DNA of 64,000 bases from Spirochaetia bacterium (GTDB taxonomy: Bacteria > Spirochaetota > Spirochaetia > WTKD01 > G963693115), in assembly GCA_965226055.1 (NCBI GenBank), contig CBDDCA010000006.1, positions 544,001-608,000 of the forward strand, read 5' to 3'. This document shows positions 20,321 through 30,925 of the stretch, piece after piece; within the stretch, counting starts at the first letter, position 1, and the number at the start of each line of letters is the position of its first letter. Position numbers and translations under genes: made by a program. The notes beneath the pieces are model-generated. The model was given only the letters and a program-made list of their open reading frames with translations, was not told the DNA's origin and did not search any database.

Positions 20321-22314
20321 ATGGCACTTAATTTTGACACATTAAAAGCAATTCTTTCTGAGAACAAGGCATATCTTAATCAAGATGGCACCATAAACAA
20401 TGTAGAGTTACATAAACTGGCACAAAAATCAGATAATACGCTTGTAGACATGCTTGTTGCTCATGATGAAACACGCCCTGAATTTTTTCTAAAGCGTGGA
20501 AGCTATCATGTATTTTTACAGGATAAATTTATTGATTACATATCACACAAAGACTTTCTGATGAATTCTTATACAAAATACAAAAATAAGATAGGATTGC
20601 ATGATGGCAAAGATTTTATCCAAAAGAACAGAGAGGTAGTGCTGAGTTTTCCCTTTAAGGATTGTGTGCTTGAAGGAGGACAAACAAAAGATGAAGAAAA
20701 GCGACAAGAAATTTACTATAACAAAGTGCTAGCATCCGAAGAGATAGATCGTCTTCTCGATCCAAAAGTGCTTACAAATGCAAAGCGATACAGCACAAAT
20801 CAAGACAAAGTGACAGTGAAAGAATGTGATACATTTCAAAGGGATGCTGAAATAAACAAGCAACGTGGTACCAGCGAAGACACCATAACCGATAATCTTA
20901 TTATAAAAGGCAATAATCTCATTGCCTTACACAGTATAAAACAACACTTTAGAGGAAAGGTAAAGCTAGTATATATAGATCCCCCGTATAATACAGATAG
21001 TGATGTTGATACTTTCAAGTACAATAATAGCTTTAAGCACAGTACTTGGCTTGTGTTTATGAAAAATAGACTAGAAGTAGCAAAAGAATTATTACGAAAT
21101 GACGGACTTATTATTATAGATATAGATCATTTTGAGCTGTTTTATTTAGGCACTTTATGTGATGAAATATTTGGGAGAGAAAATAGACTAGGAATACTTG
21201 CAGTACAGCATAACCCTGGAGGCAGAGATAATGAATTTTTTGCAAATAGCCATGAAAATAAATTAGTCTATGCAAAAAACAAAGAACTAGCACAGATTTA
21301 TAATTTTATTTCATCTGAAGAAGAACTAAACAAAAAATATAACAAAAAGGATGCACAAGGAAGATATAAAGAGCGAGGCTTACAAAGAGTAGGTGATGGC
21401 TCTAATAGAGAGGAAAGCCCTAAATTATTTTATCCTATTTTTTACAATCCTGAAAACAATACCATTGCTTTTGAACAACAAGAAGGATATGTTGAAATAC
21501 TGCCTATAGATAGTGATGGCCTTGAAAAAAGATGGCGCTGGAGTAAACAAAAGGTTATCACAGAGTGGGATAAACACAATGTTTTTGTGCGAAATGTAAA
21601 AGGAAAATATCAAATATATACTAAAAAGAGAATTGAAGAAGACACTGGAATAAAGCCAAAAACATTGTGGGTAAACTCTAAACATGCAGGAACAAATGGA
21701 ACAAAGGCATTAAAGGAACTATTTTCTAAAAAAGTTTTTTCTTATCCTAAGTCTCCGTTTATGGTAGCTGATACATTACAAGTTGCCACACAGCCCAACG
21801 ACATAGTCCTAGACTACCATCTTGGAAGTGGTACCACTGCAGCAGTGGCTCATAAAATGGGAAGGCAATACATCGGTATAGAACAGATGGATTACATTGA
21901 AGACATAGCAGTAACACGACTACAAAAAGTACTAGAAGGGGAGCAAAGTGGCATAAGCAAAGCCGTGCGCTGGCATGGGGGGGGGGGGGGGTAAGTAGCT
22001 TTGTCTACCTTGAACTAAAGCAACACAACCATAGATTTTTAGAACGCATCCATAACGCCACTACTTCAGAAGAACTCATAGCATTACAAAAAGATATTCT
22101 GCAACAAGCTCTCATTGATTATCGTCTTAATCTCAATGAAATTGCAACAAAGCAAGATGATTTCAAAGCACTCTCTCTTACAGATAAAAAACAAGTGCTT
22201 TTTGATTTTCTTGATTGTAATCAAATGTATGTCAATTACAGCGAACGAGATGATGAACACTATCACTGTAGCACACATGAAAAACATATTTCCGAAGATT
22301 TTTATCGCTCATAG
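20321..22314 (+). CDS. mod: Type III R-M methyltransferase, out of frame at a G15 tract (putative phase OFF)
   Basis: YIDPPYN and DYHLGSGTT motifs; frame stops at TAA 21992-21994 right after G15; shifted frame continues VSSFVYLELKQ...NQMYVNYSE...FYRS to TAG 22314. Confidence 0.9.
21977..21991 (+). repeat. Poly(G)15 homopolymer
   Basis: Fifteen consecutive G in an AT-rich sequence, inside mod. Confidence 0.97.
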
Positions 22315-22340
22315 TGGCAAAGAGCAAATGGAGTATCCCC

Positions 22341-24911
22341 ATGAATAACAAAAAACAATATCTTTTTGAGCAATACAATTCGTTAGAAAGTGCATTAGTA
22401 ATGGAGCAAGCTCCTACCTATACAGGATTACCTACAATACCAACATGCATTACCGATAACATTGCACACACACTTCGTCCTTATCAAGAAAAAGCTATGA
22501 AGCGTTTTATTCATTATCATACACAATACAAGCACAGAAATGGCAATAATCATATACTCTTTGAAATGGCAACAGGTACAGGCAAAACATTGATAATGGC
22601 ATGTATAATGTTATATCTGTATACAAAAGGCTATCGTAATTTTCTGTTCTTTGTAAACTCTACCAATATTATAGAAAAAACAAAACAAAATTTTACTGCA
22701 CAAGGCACGAGCAAATATTTGTTCACTGACAAGATTGAAATTGACAATCAAACAGTAGAAGTACAGTCAATCAATAGCCTTACAGAAACAAATGATACAT
22801 GTATCAATATTTTATTTACCACCGTACAAGGCTTACACTCATCACTACAAAACCAAAAAGAAAACAGCTTTACCTTAGAAGATTTTAAGGAATATAGCAT
22901 TGTCCTCCTTGCCGATGAATCACATCACAACAACACCGCTACTAAAAAAGAAATAGAATTACTATATTCATGGGAAAAAAGTATCATAAATATTTGGCAA
23001 CAGCATCCAGACAATCATCTCCTTGAATTTACCGCAACAGCCGAATTGAACAAAAATGCCATACAAGAGAAATACTATAATAAAGCAATTATTCAATATG
23101 GATTAAAAGAATTTCGCAGTGATGGATATTCAAAAAATATCTTTTTAGCAAAGACAGACACAGACGAAATAAAAGAGCGGTTTCTCTTAGCAATACTGCT
23201 AAGTCAATATCGATTAGAAATTGCTTCTAAGTATAGACTAAACATAAAACCTGTTATTTTATTTAAATCAAAAACAATACATGAAAATGAAATGCACACA
23301 AAACAATTTAACGAAATAATAGAGAACATGGAAATAGAAGATATACAGGAATTATTTCTCATACTTAAAAAATACAGACATATTGATATATACAACAATG
23401 TATACAATTTTTTTATTGATGGAGCTTTCTCTCATACCTATGTATTAAAAAGAATAAGAATATCTTTTTCAAAAGAAAAAGTCATCAATGTTAACAAAGA
23501 TGAAGACGTAAAACATATGCAAATAACACTCAATACTTTAGAGGATACTCATAATAAATATCGTGTTATTTTTGCAGTAGACAAACTTAATGAGGGCTGG
23601 GATGTACTAAACTTATACGATATAGTAAAACTATACGAAACACCGAGCGTAGCAAAAAAGCCCCCAACAGCACGAGAAATTCAGCTTATTGGACGTGGTG
23701 CAAGATTATTTCCCTACCGTATAGACGATACTCAAGAACAGTATAAACGAAAATATGATAGTGATGGAGATAATGAATTAGCCGTATTAGAGCAGTTGCA
23801 TTTTCATACTTCTGATGGTTCAAAATATATTGAACAGCTCAACAAAGATTTAGAAGAAGCAGGGCTAGTTGATAGCACCCTTCAAGAAGAAAAGGTAACA
23901 TTAAAAGAAGACTTTCGTAACTCAGAAATATACAAAGAAAAACATGTATATGTAAACAAAAGAGTAAAGCGAGAAAAAAAACATAAGTTTCAGATGGACT
24001 TATTTGGTGGCATCAGCGATGTAAAAACAGATGAGCGTTTTAAGAGTCTTACAGGCAATTATAAAGTGAAAATCAATTTAGATACTTTTGAAATGTACGA
24101 AAACATGAAAATAAAGGAATTTCAGTACACAAAGGAATTATCTATAAAACTCAAAGATGTTCCCGATCATGTTTTTATAAAAGCCATTGCAAAGAATAAA
24201 TACTTTACATTTGACACTATAGCAACAGTATTAGATATTACAAGTATGATGAACTTAAAAGAAACATTCTCAGATAATTATTTACACATTTCATATCCAA
24301 AAGAATATCAGAAAAAGGATGTAAAACACCCTTATAATCTCATGAAAGCATGTAGCAATTTCTTACACAACCTTAAACAACTGCTTCATGATGTATACAC
24401 TGAATATGTAGGCACACAAACACTATACCCAAAACCTCTTATAGAAATATTTAAGGACAAAAAAATTATCATACATAAAAATAATATAATTGATGGAACC
24501 CAATATAAGTATTTTGCACAAAATATAGTAAGAGGCACAGAACAGGAAATTCAATTTATAAAAGATATATGTAATTTCTTTGAACAGAGAAATGAAAAGA
24601 TTGCATGGATTATACGCAATGAAAAAGATTTTCAAATATATAATTTTGAAGATGGAAAAGCTTTTGAGCCTGACTTTCTTTTGATGTTACAAAAAAATGA
24701 AACACAAATATACCAAATTTTTATGGAACCTAAAGGCGATCATTTACTAAAATATGATAGATGGAAAGAAACGCTTATGGAAAACATAGCAAAACTTTCT
24801 CACAGAGAACATGGAGATTTCAACTATACCATTATAGCAATGCCTTTTTACAATATTGATACGAGAGGCACATTTCGTACTATATTAGAAGAGAAACTAT
24901 ACCCGCAGTAG
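22341..24911 (+). CDS. res: Type III restriction subunit (SF2 helicase + PD-(D/E)XK nuclease)
   Basis: LRPYQ, MATGTGKT, ADESHH, EGWDV, QLIGRGAR, FEPDF...EPKG; ATG 22341 after GGAG. Confidence 0.92.
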   Translation: MNNKKQYLFEQYNSLESALVMEQAPTYTGLPTIPTCITDNIAHTLRPYQEKAMKRFIHYHTQYKHRNGNNHILFEMATGTGKTLIMACIMLYLYTKGYRNFLFFVNSTNIIEKTKQNFTAQGTSKYLFTDKIEIDNQTVEVQSINSLTETNDTCINILFTTVQGLHSSLQNQKENSFTLEDFKEYSIVLLADESHHNNTATKKEIELLYSWEKSIINIWQQHPDNHLLEFTATAELNKNAIQEKYYNKAIIQYGLKEFRSDGYSKNIFLAKTDTDEIKERFLLAILLSQYRLEIASKYRLNIKPVILFKSKTIHENEMHTKQFNEIIENMEIEDIQELFLILKKYRHIDIYNNVYNFFIDGAFSHTYVLKRIRISFSKEKVINVNKDEDVKHMQITLNTLEDTHNKYRVIFAVDKLNEGWDVLNLYDIVKLYETPSVAKKPPTAREIQLIGRGARLFPYRIDDTQEQYKRKYDSDGDNELAVLEQLHFHTSDGSKYIEQLNKDLEEAGLVDSTLQEEKVTLKEDFRNSEIYKEKHVYVNKRVKREKKHKFQMDLFGGISDVKTDERFKSLTGNYKVKINLDTFEMYENMKIKEFQYTKELSIKLKDVPDHVFIKAIAKNKYFTFDTIATVLDITSMMNLKETFSDNYLHISYPKEYQKKDVKHPYNLMKACSNFLHNLKQLLHDVYTEYVGTQTLYPKPLIEIFKDKKIIIHKNNIIDGTQYKYFAQNIVRGTEQEIQFIKDICNFFEQRNEKIAWIIRNEKDFQIYNFEDGKAFEPDFLLMLQKNETQIYQIFMEPKGDHLLKYDRWKETLMENIAKLSHREHGDFNYTIIAMPFYNIDTRGTFRTILEEKLYPQ

Positions 24912-25091
24912 ATAAAAAGGAACTTTATACAATAGTAACCCAATCTTATTGAAAATATATTTTTAGAAGCTGATCTAAACAAGAGAAAAAAGTAGAAAAT
25001 CTCAATTAAGTATACATCAAACTAGTATTATGATTATACTATTGATAGTTTTTTATTGTATAAAACATTAAAATTAAGCTATAATAAAATA

Positions 25092-25916
25092 ATGAAGAAA
25101 GTAAAAATACAAGTGTTGAATTTTAAGCTATTTCCCAAAAAAAGAAAAGGTGCTAAAGTATATGGTGAGTTATTTCAAGATATTTTTAAGAAAAGAATTA
25201 TTGGCAATATTACAACAGATAGAAAAGGAATGATAAAAAAACTTATAAAACATAACGATCATGTATTCTATGGAACTATTTCAACATTTATACATATTTC
25301 AGAAAATGATGATTGGTTAAATACTGAAAAATTAGAAACTGAACATGAAAAATATATCCCTGATAATAGATATCCAAAAGAAAAAACAGTAGAATATTTT
25401 TTAGATACCCAATTACATAAACTATTCTTATTAGCAAAAAGTAAAACAGTCAATATCAATCAAGTAGAAAAATTATTAAAAAGTATCTTTAAAAAATATT
25501 TAGGTGATGATGAAACTATGAATATAGAAAAGATGGTGAAAAAAGAGATTATTGATCTAATATTAAATAACCCATTATATAAACTGTCTGTATCTATAAC
25601 CCCAACGAATGATGAATCATTAGAGGCATTCGAAGATTTTTTAGATAAAGATCTAAAACAATCAGGAACATCTAAATTTGACGCAGAGTTTAAAGCACCA
25701 TCAAATAAAAGTACGATGAAAGATAGTAAGTTTGCCTCAGCACTTGTTAAATTAGCACAAAATAATGGAAAAGCAAAAGCTGTTATAGAAAAAGATGGTA
25801 AAAAACAAACTATTAACACTGATGATCATGTACAAGATTTTTATTTAGAGTATGAAAAAGAATTTGAAGATGGCATTGAATATTTTATAAAAAATACATT
25901 TGAGAATGAAAAATAA
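25092..25916 (+). CDS. DUF4747-like protein
   Basis: Recalled family pattern (LNFKL...YGELF...DWLN...IPDN.YP...HKL...PTN...LAQNNG...T.DH); start re-called at ATG 25092; not verified by HMM. Confidence 0.7.
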   Translation: MKKVKIQVLNFKLFPKKRKGAKVYGELFQDIFKKRIIGNITTDRKGMIKKLIKHNDHVFYGTISTFIHISENDDWLNTEKLETEHEKYIPDNRYPKEKTVEYFLDTQLHKLFLLAKSKTVNINQVEKLLKSIFKKYLGDDETMNIEKMVKKEIIDLILNNPLYKLSVSITPTNDESLEAFEDFLDKDLKQSGTSKFDAEFKAPSNKSTMKDSKFASALVKLAQNNGKAKAVIEKDGKKQTINTDDHVQDFYLEYEKEFEDGIEYFIKNTFENEK

Positions 25917-26481
25917 GTACAATTTGTCATATACAGGAATATTTCTCGTTGCACTTCAAAGGAAAGCGTATAAAAAACTAAAATTTTTTAGTGCTATTAT
26001 AATAGCACTAGCTGCTGCACTTTTTATTGGATGGATAGATAGATCTTATGAAATTCTCAAAGAACTGCTCTCTATTGGGATACTCATTTTCCCAAGCCTT
26101 TTAGGGTTTAGCTTGGGAGGATTAGGACTCATTATAGGATTGAGCTCAAAAGAATTTGTAACAACTCTTTCAAAGCCTCGAAAAAATAAAGACTTTAGTC
26201 TTTACGAAGAATTAGTAGGAATATTTTCTTTCTCTGTACTGATGAATGGGATAACGCTCCTTCTTTATTTTTTTGGTAAAATAGGAATCAAATTATTTCA
26301 GTTTATTTCAATGCCTTTGTTTGATAACTATGTAGAGTGCATCAATACCATCTTTATATTTATATACATGTGTTCTACGCTTTATTCATTATTTCTTTCT
26401 ATTGATACCATAGCAACAACATTTTCTACTGCTAGAGCATATACTTTGCACCTTCAAAATAGACAAGATAATACTACATAA
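25906..26481 (+). CDS. 4-TM membrane protein overlapping the DUF4747-like gene
   Basis: Four hydrophobic helices including FPSLLGFSLGG; 11-bp overlap with the upstream stop. Confidence 0.75.
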   Translation: MKNKYNLSYTGIFLVALQRKAYKKLKFFSAIIIALAAALFIGWIDRSYEILKELLSIGILIFPSLLGFSLGGLGLIIGLSSKEFVTTLSKPRKNKDFSLYEELVGIFSFSVLMNGITLLLYFFGKIGIKLFQFISMPLFDNYVECINTIFIFIYMCSTLYSLFLSIDTIATTFSTARAYTLHLQNRQDNTT

Positions 26482-26528
26482 TTTTTAAAATTCATTAAAG
26501 TATATATAACCACTCCAAAAAAGTAATA

Positions 26529-26554
26529 TTTTTTAGTAATATATTACTAAAAAA
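26529..26554. promoter_or_regulatory. Perfect 26-bp palindrome (terminator or operator)
   Basis: TTTTTTAGTAATATATTACTAAAAAA is self-complementary; lies between the defence block and eda. Confidence 0.5.
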
Positions 26555-26688
26555 CTCATCATTTAAAATTCTAAAATAAATAAAATTGTAGCAACATATT
26601 CCCCTTGCCTTGTCAATATCTCATACGATATACTAGAAATATAAACACTGTATAACAGTAAAAAATATAATGAAAGCGGTATTATAAT

Positions 26689-27336
26689 ATGTTACAAAAA
26701 CACAACATTATTTCTCGTATTATTGATGTAGGAGTAGTAGCAATAGTGCGTACTGATAAAGCAGAGCAAGCTACTAACATTGTACAGGCATGCTTAGACG
26801 GAGGGCTTACTTCCGTAGAAATAACATTTACAGTCGATAGTGCACATCGCATCATTGAACAAGTACACATGAAACACACCCATTGTATACTAGGAGCAGG
26901 CACAGTACTTGATGCTCATACCGCAAGAATAGCAATACTAGCAGGGGCATCATACATAGTCAGTCCATCTTTTGATACAGAAACAGCAAAGCTGTGCAAT
27001 CGCTATGCTATACCCTATATGGCAGGATGTTATACCCCTACCGAAGTAGCAAAAGCATTGGAGTATGGAGTAGAAATTATAAAACTATTTCCCAGTACCC
27101 TGCTCTCTCCTTCTGCAATCACAGCAATAAAAGCACCGTTTCCACAGGCTAACATTATGCCTACTGGGGGAGTCAGTTTGGACAATGTAGACACATGGAT
27201 CAAGGCAGGCGCTATAGCAATAGGCGTTGGAGGCGACCTTACGGCAGGAGCAAAGACAAACGATTATGCTCAAATACGACAGAAAGCAAGCGAGTATAAA
27301 CAAGCAGTAGAACATGCACGTAATAACCGTACATAG
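26689..27336 (+). CDS. eda: KDPG/KHG aldolase
   Basis: VAIVR, EITF, GAGTVLD, VSP, KLFP, MPTGGV. Confidence 0.95.
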   Translation: MLQKHNIISRIIDVGVVAIVRTDKAEQATNIVQACLDGGLTSVEITFTVDSAHRIIEQVHMKHTHCILGAGTVLDAHTARIAILAGASYIVSPSFDTETAKLCNRYAIPYMAGCYTPTEVAKALEYGVEIIKLFPSTLLSPSAITAIKAPFPQANIMPTGGVSLDNVDTWIKAGAIAIGVGGDLTAGAKTNDYAQIRQKASEYKQAVEHARNNRT

Positions 27337-27359
27337 AAAGAACAAAAAAAGGAAAGCCT

Positions 27360-28394
27360 ATGAGTAATACACAAAAAAAAATTGTAACGTTTGGAGAAAT
27401 AATGCTTCGATTATCACCTCCTGCGTATCAGCGTATCGCTTTTACACGTAATTTTGAAGCATGTTATGCAGGCGGAGAGGCAAATGTAGCAGTATCACTT
27501 GCAAACTATGGAATGAATTCATACTTTGTATCAAAAGTACCAGAAAATGAAATAGGATCAGCGGCAACGCGTACACTAAAGGAAATGAATGTAAACACAG
27601 ACTATATCATCCATGGAGGAAAAAGGCTTGGAGTATATTACTTAGAACATGGAGCAAGCGTTCGTCCCTCAAAAGTAGTATACGATAGAAAACATTCTTC
27701 TCTCTCAGAAGCACAGGAAACAGAGTTTGATTTCGATACCATTTTTAACGAGGCTACGTGGTTTCATGTCTCAGGAATAAGCCCTGCTTTATCAGAATCG
27801 TGTGCAACAATTACTGCAAAAGCCCTACAATGTGCAAAAAAAGCAGGCCTCACTACCTCTTTTGATCTTAATTATCGCAAGAAGTTATGGACAGCACAAG
27901 AAGCACAAAAGATATGCATACCTCTTATGGAACATGTGGATGTATGTATTGGCAACGAAGAAGACGCAGAAAAAGTATTGGGGTTCACACCACAAGGGAG
28001 TAATATACCACAAGGCACTCTTGATATAGATGGATATAAGACAATGTTTGAAAAATTAAAAGCACGCTTTGGGTTTCAGCATGTTGCTACAACATTAAGA
28101 GAAAGTATCTCCGCATCTGATAACGGATGGTCTGCGTTATTGTATAATGGACAACAATTTTTCCAATCAAAAAAATATAATCTCCATATTGTAGATCGTG
28201 TAGGAGCAGGCGATTCCTTTAGTGCGGGACTGATATACTCACTTATAGTAAAAAAATATCCACAACAAGCCATTGATTTTGCTGTTGCTGCCTCTGCCTT
28301 AAAACATAGTATACACGGAGACTTTAACCAAGTGAGCGTAGAAGAAGTAGAAAAGCTTGCCACAGGCGATGCAAGTGGGAGAGTAGAACGCTAA
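27360..28394 (+). CDS. kdgK: 2-keto-3-deoxygluconate kinase (PfkB family)
   Basis: FGEIMLRL, GGEANVA, DLNYRKKLW, DRVGAGDSF. Confidence 0.95.
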   Translation: MSNTQKKIVTFGEIMLRLSPPAYQRIAFTRNFEACYAGGEANVAVSLANYGMNSYFVSKVPENEIGSAATRTLKEMNVNTDYIIHGGKRLGVYYLEHGASVRPSKVVYDRKHSSLSEAQETEFDFDTIFNEATWFHVSGISPALSESCATITAKALQCAKKAGLTTSFDLNYRKKLWTAQEAQKICIPLMEHVDVCIGNEEDAEKVLGFTPQGSNIPQGTLDIDGYKTMFEKLKARFGFQHVATTLRESISASDNGWSALLYNGQQFFQSKKYNLHIVDRVGAGDSFSAGLIYSLIVKKYPQQAIDFAVAASALKHSIHGDFNQVSVEEVEKLATGDASGRVER

Positions 28395-28487
28395 CTCTTC
28401 CATAGAAAATACCGCCTTTATTCTCACTTTTTCTGTGTCCTCATCTCTATTTTTTATGCTTGTATTTATATTCTTGCCTCTTTATTT

Positions 28488-29897
28488 CTAAAACTGAAAA
28501 AATTCTTTCGCATTATTATAGCATACCCCTTCTATAATTTGAGCAAGCATCGTTTCATCATGAGGATATTCTCCATTATCAACCCATGTACCAATAAGAT
28601 TACAAAATATTCTCCTAAAATATTCATGTCGTGGATATGACACAAAACTTCGTGAATCAGTAAGCATCCCTACAAATGTACCAAGTACCCCAAGATTGCC
28701 TAAATCTGTAAGATGCTGTACCATTCCATTTTTCTGATCATTAAACCACCACCCTGCACCAAACTGTAACTTACCAAAATTATATGTATCATGAGATTGA
28801 AATGCTCCTATCATAGTACCAATAATAAAGTTATCTGCTGGATGTAAGTTATACAAGATAGTCTTAGAAAGATGATTATTTTCTTCCATAGATCCCAATA
28901 ACTGTGCTAATGCTTCTGCATTCTTATGGTCTGTAATAACATCAAAACCTGTGTCAGCTCCTAGCCTCTTAAACATTTTAGGATTTACATTTCTTAATGC
29001 ACCTATATGAAATTGCATAGTCCAATTTCGTCTATAGTACTCTTGAGACAAAAACAGCAATAATTCACACTGATACGATTCTATTTCTTGTTTCGATATA
29101 TCCTGTTTCTGCATAGCTTTCAAAAATACTTCTGCTCCCCTGCTTTCCATATTTTTGTGTATCATAGGCACATACGACAGAGCATGATCACTTAATCGAC
29201 ACCCGTGCTCATGAAAAAACTGTATTCTTTTTTGCAATGCTTCCTTTAATAAATCAAAAGAAGATATTGCTATACCAGCTACCTCTGCAAGTGTCTGTAC
29301 ATATACAACAAAATTATCTGTATCCGAAACAGCAAGTACCTTATCTGGTCGAAAGGTAGGGTATACTTTTGTCTTAAAATGCGGATACTCCCGTATTTTT
29401 CTATGCCATTGTAATGTATCACAAGGATCATCAGTACTACAAATTACCTCCACATTACTCTTGCTAATCAAATTCTGTGCAGAAAAATCATCACCACGAA
29501 TAACATCATTACACAGATTCCACATTGTTTCAGCAGTATGCTCATTCAATACCATTGTGCTATTAAAGTATCGCTGCAACTCTAAATGTGTCCAATGGTA
29601 TAAAGGGTTTCCAATACACAAAGGAAGTATTTTTGCCCATGCATGAAACTTCTCTTTATCACTTGCATCCCCAGTAATAAAAGATTCATCAATGCCTGCT
29701 CCTCTCATAGCACGCCACTTATAATGATCTCCTCCTAACCATAATTCGGTGATAGAAGAAAATCGTTTATTTTCTGCTATTTCTTTTGGATCTAAATGAC
29801 AATGATAGTCAATAATCTTCTGATGTTTTGCATAGGTATAAAAAAGATTTTTTCCTGTTTTGCTTGTTAATAAAAAATTTTCATCTAAAAATGCCAT
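28488..29897 (-). CDS. uxaC: Glucuronate (uronate) isomerase
   Basis: IIDYHCHL, GDHYKWR, GWWFNDQ, TDSRSF.SY.RHEYFRR; start re-called at 29897. Confidence 0.97.
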   Translation of the reverse strand: MAFLDENFLLTSKTGKNLFYTYAKHQKIIDYHCHLDPKEIAENKRFSSITELWLGGDHYKWRAMRGAGIDESFITGDASDKEKFHAWAKILPLCIGNPLYHWTHLELQRYFNSTMVLNEHTAETMWNLCNDVIRGDDFSAQNLISKSNVEVICSTDDPCDTLQWHRKIREYPHFKTKVYPTFRPDKVLAVSDTDNFVVYVQTLAEVAGIAISSFDLLKEALQKRIQFFHEHGCRLSDHALSYVPMIHKNMESRGAEVFLKAMQKQDISKQEIESYQCELLLFLSQEYYRRNWTMQFHIGALRNVNPKMFKRLGADTGFDVITDHKNAEALAQLLGSMEENNHLSKTILYNLHPADNFIIGTMIGAFQSHDTYNFGKLQFGAGWWFNDQKNGMVQHLTDLGNLGVLGTFVGMLTDSRSFVSYPRHEYFRRIFCNLIGTWVDNGEYPHDETMLAQIIEGVCYNNAKEFFQF

Positions 29898-30116
29898 ATA
29901 GATACCTCTTACATACTCTCTAGTAACACTATACAAAATTATTACCCACTACTTCAATATATCAAATACCGTATAATAATATATATATACATATTCTAGC
30001 GTATATACTGCAATAATATATATGAAAGTATATTTTCTCTAGGAAAATACACTACATAAAAATCCTCATTTACACTACTATATAAATAGGTATACTTACT
30101 GCCATTGGAGATTTAT

Positions 30117-30911
30117 ATGAATAAAACATTTTATTTTTTACTAGTAATGATTGCTTTCTTATGTACCAACGCTTTTTCTAACGAACTATACATCCCCTTC
30201 ATAAACAATAGAGAAGAGAAAAACTTATGCACCAATGCTTTTTCTAACGAACTACTACACATAGGCGATTTTGAATATCAAGAATACAGTATTATTTCAA
30301 ACAAAAGCACAACAAAAAAAGGGCAAGTATTTTTTAGAGAAAGCACCCTAAACAAGTATTTTTTTAAAAAAAGTACCTCTAAAAAAACTATCAAGACATA
30401 CAGCATTCATTTTTTTAATTGTGATAATGAATCATCTTTTCCTCCCTCACCTTATTCACAATACTTTGAGCTTCAAGCAAAAAACATTACACCATTCTCA
30501 GAAAATATACAAAAATATTTTAATTGGGAAACCACTGCCACACAAGACAATGAAGTCCTCACGAAAGAGATTGTGCATATTTCAGATGTAGCGTATTCTT
30601 TTGTTGATGTATATAATGATTGGTATACCACTATTTCTGATATAAGACTGCGATTTATCTCTCAAAAACCCAATCCCAATGATAACAGCTCTTCTGTCAA
30701 AACACGGTTAGCTTTTATTACCGATACATTGATCGCTCCCAGCGATAAATCAGTACTCTTTCCTTCTGCCACAACGATACCCGATTCTGATCGAGTACAA
30801 ACTATCATAGCAATACTAGATTCTGAACAAGCACAAGATCTTCTTGATTTATTTGATGAAAATAAAATAGAAGAAGCAAAAACAAAAGATATATCGTATA
30901 AATATCAATAA
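30117..30911 (+). CDS. Secreted hypothetical protein with an internal duplication
   Basis: Signal peptide after GGAG; LCTNAFSNEL occurs twice. Confidence 0.65.
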   Translation: MNKTFYFLLVMIAFLCTNAFSNELYIPFINNREEKNLCTNAFSNELLHIGDFEYQEYSIISNKSTTKKGQVFFRESTLNKYFFKKSTSKKTIKTYSIHFFNCDNESSFPPSPYSQYFELQAKNITPFSENIQKYFNWETTATQDNEVLTKEIVHISDVAYSFVDVYNDWYTTISDIRLRFISQKPNPNDNSSSVKTRLAFITDTLIAPSDKSVLFPSATTIPDSDRVQTIIAILDSEQAQDLLDLFDENKIEEAKTKDISYKYQ

Positions 30912-30925
30912 TTCTTTGATACTAT

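Noticed and set aside
22115-22348. 77-aa ORF between mod and res
   Set aside because: The region is the shifted-frame C-terminus of mod (21991-22314)
26671-26684. cre/LacI-like operator TGAAAGCGGTATTA before eda
   Set aside because: Single imperfect match at the RBS position, with no second copy seen at other uronate genes
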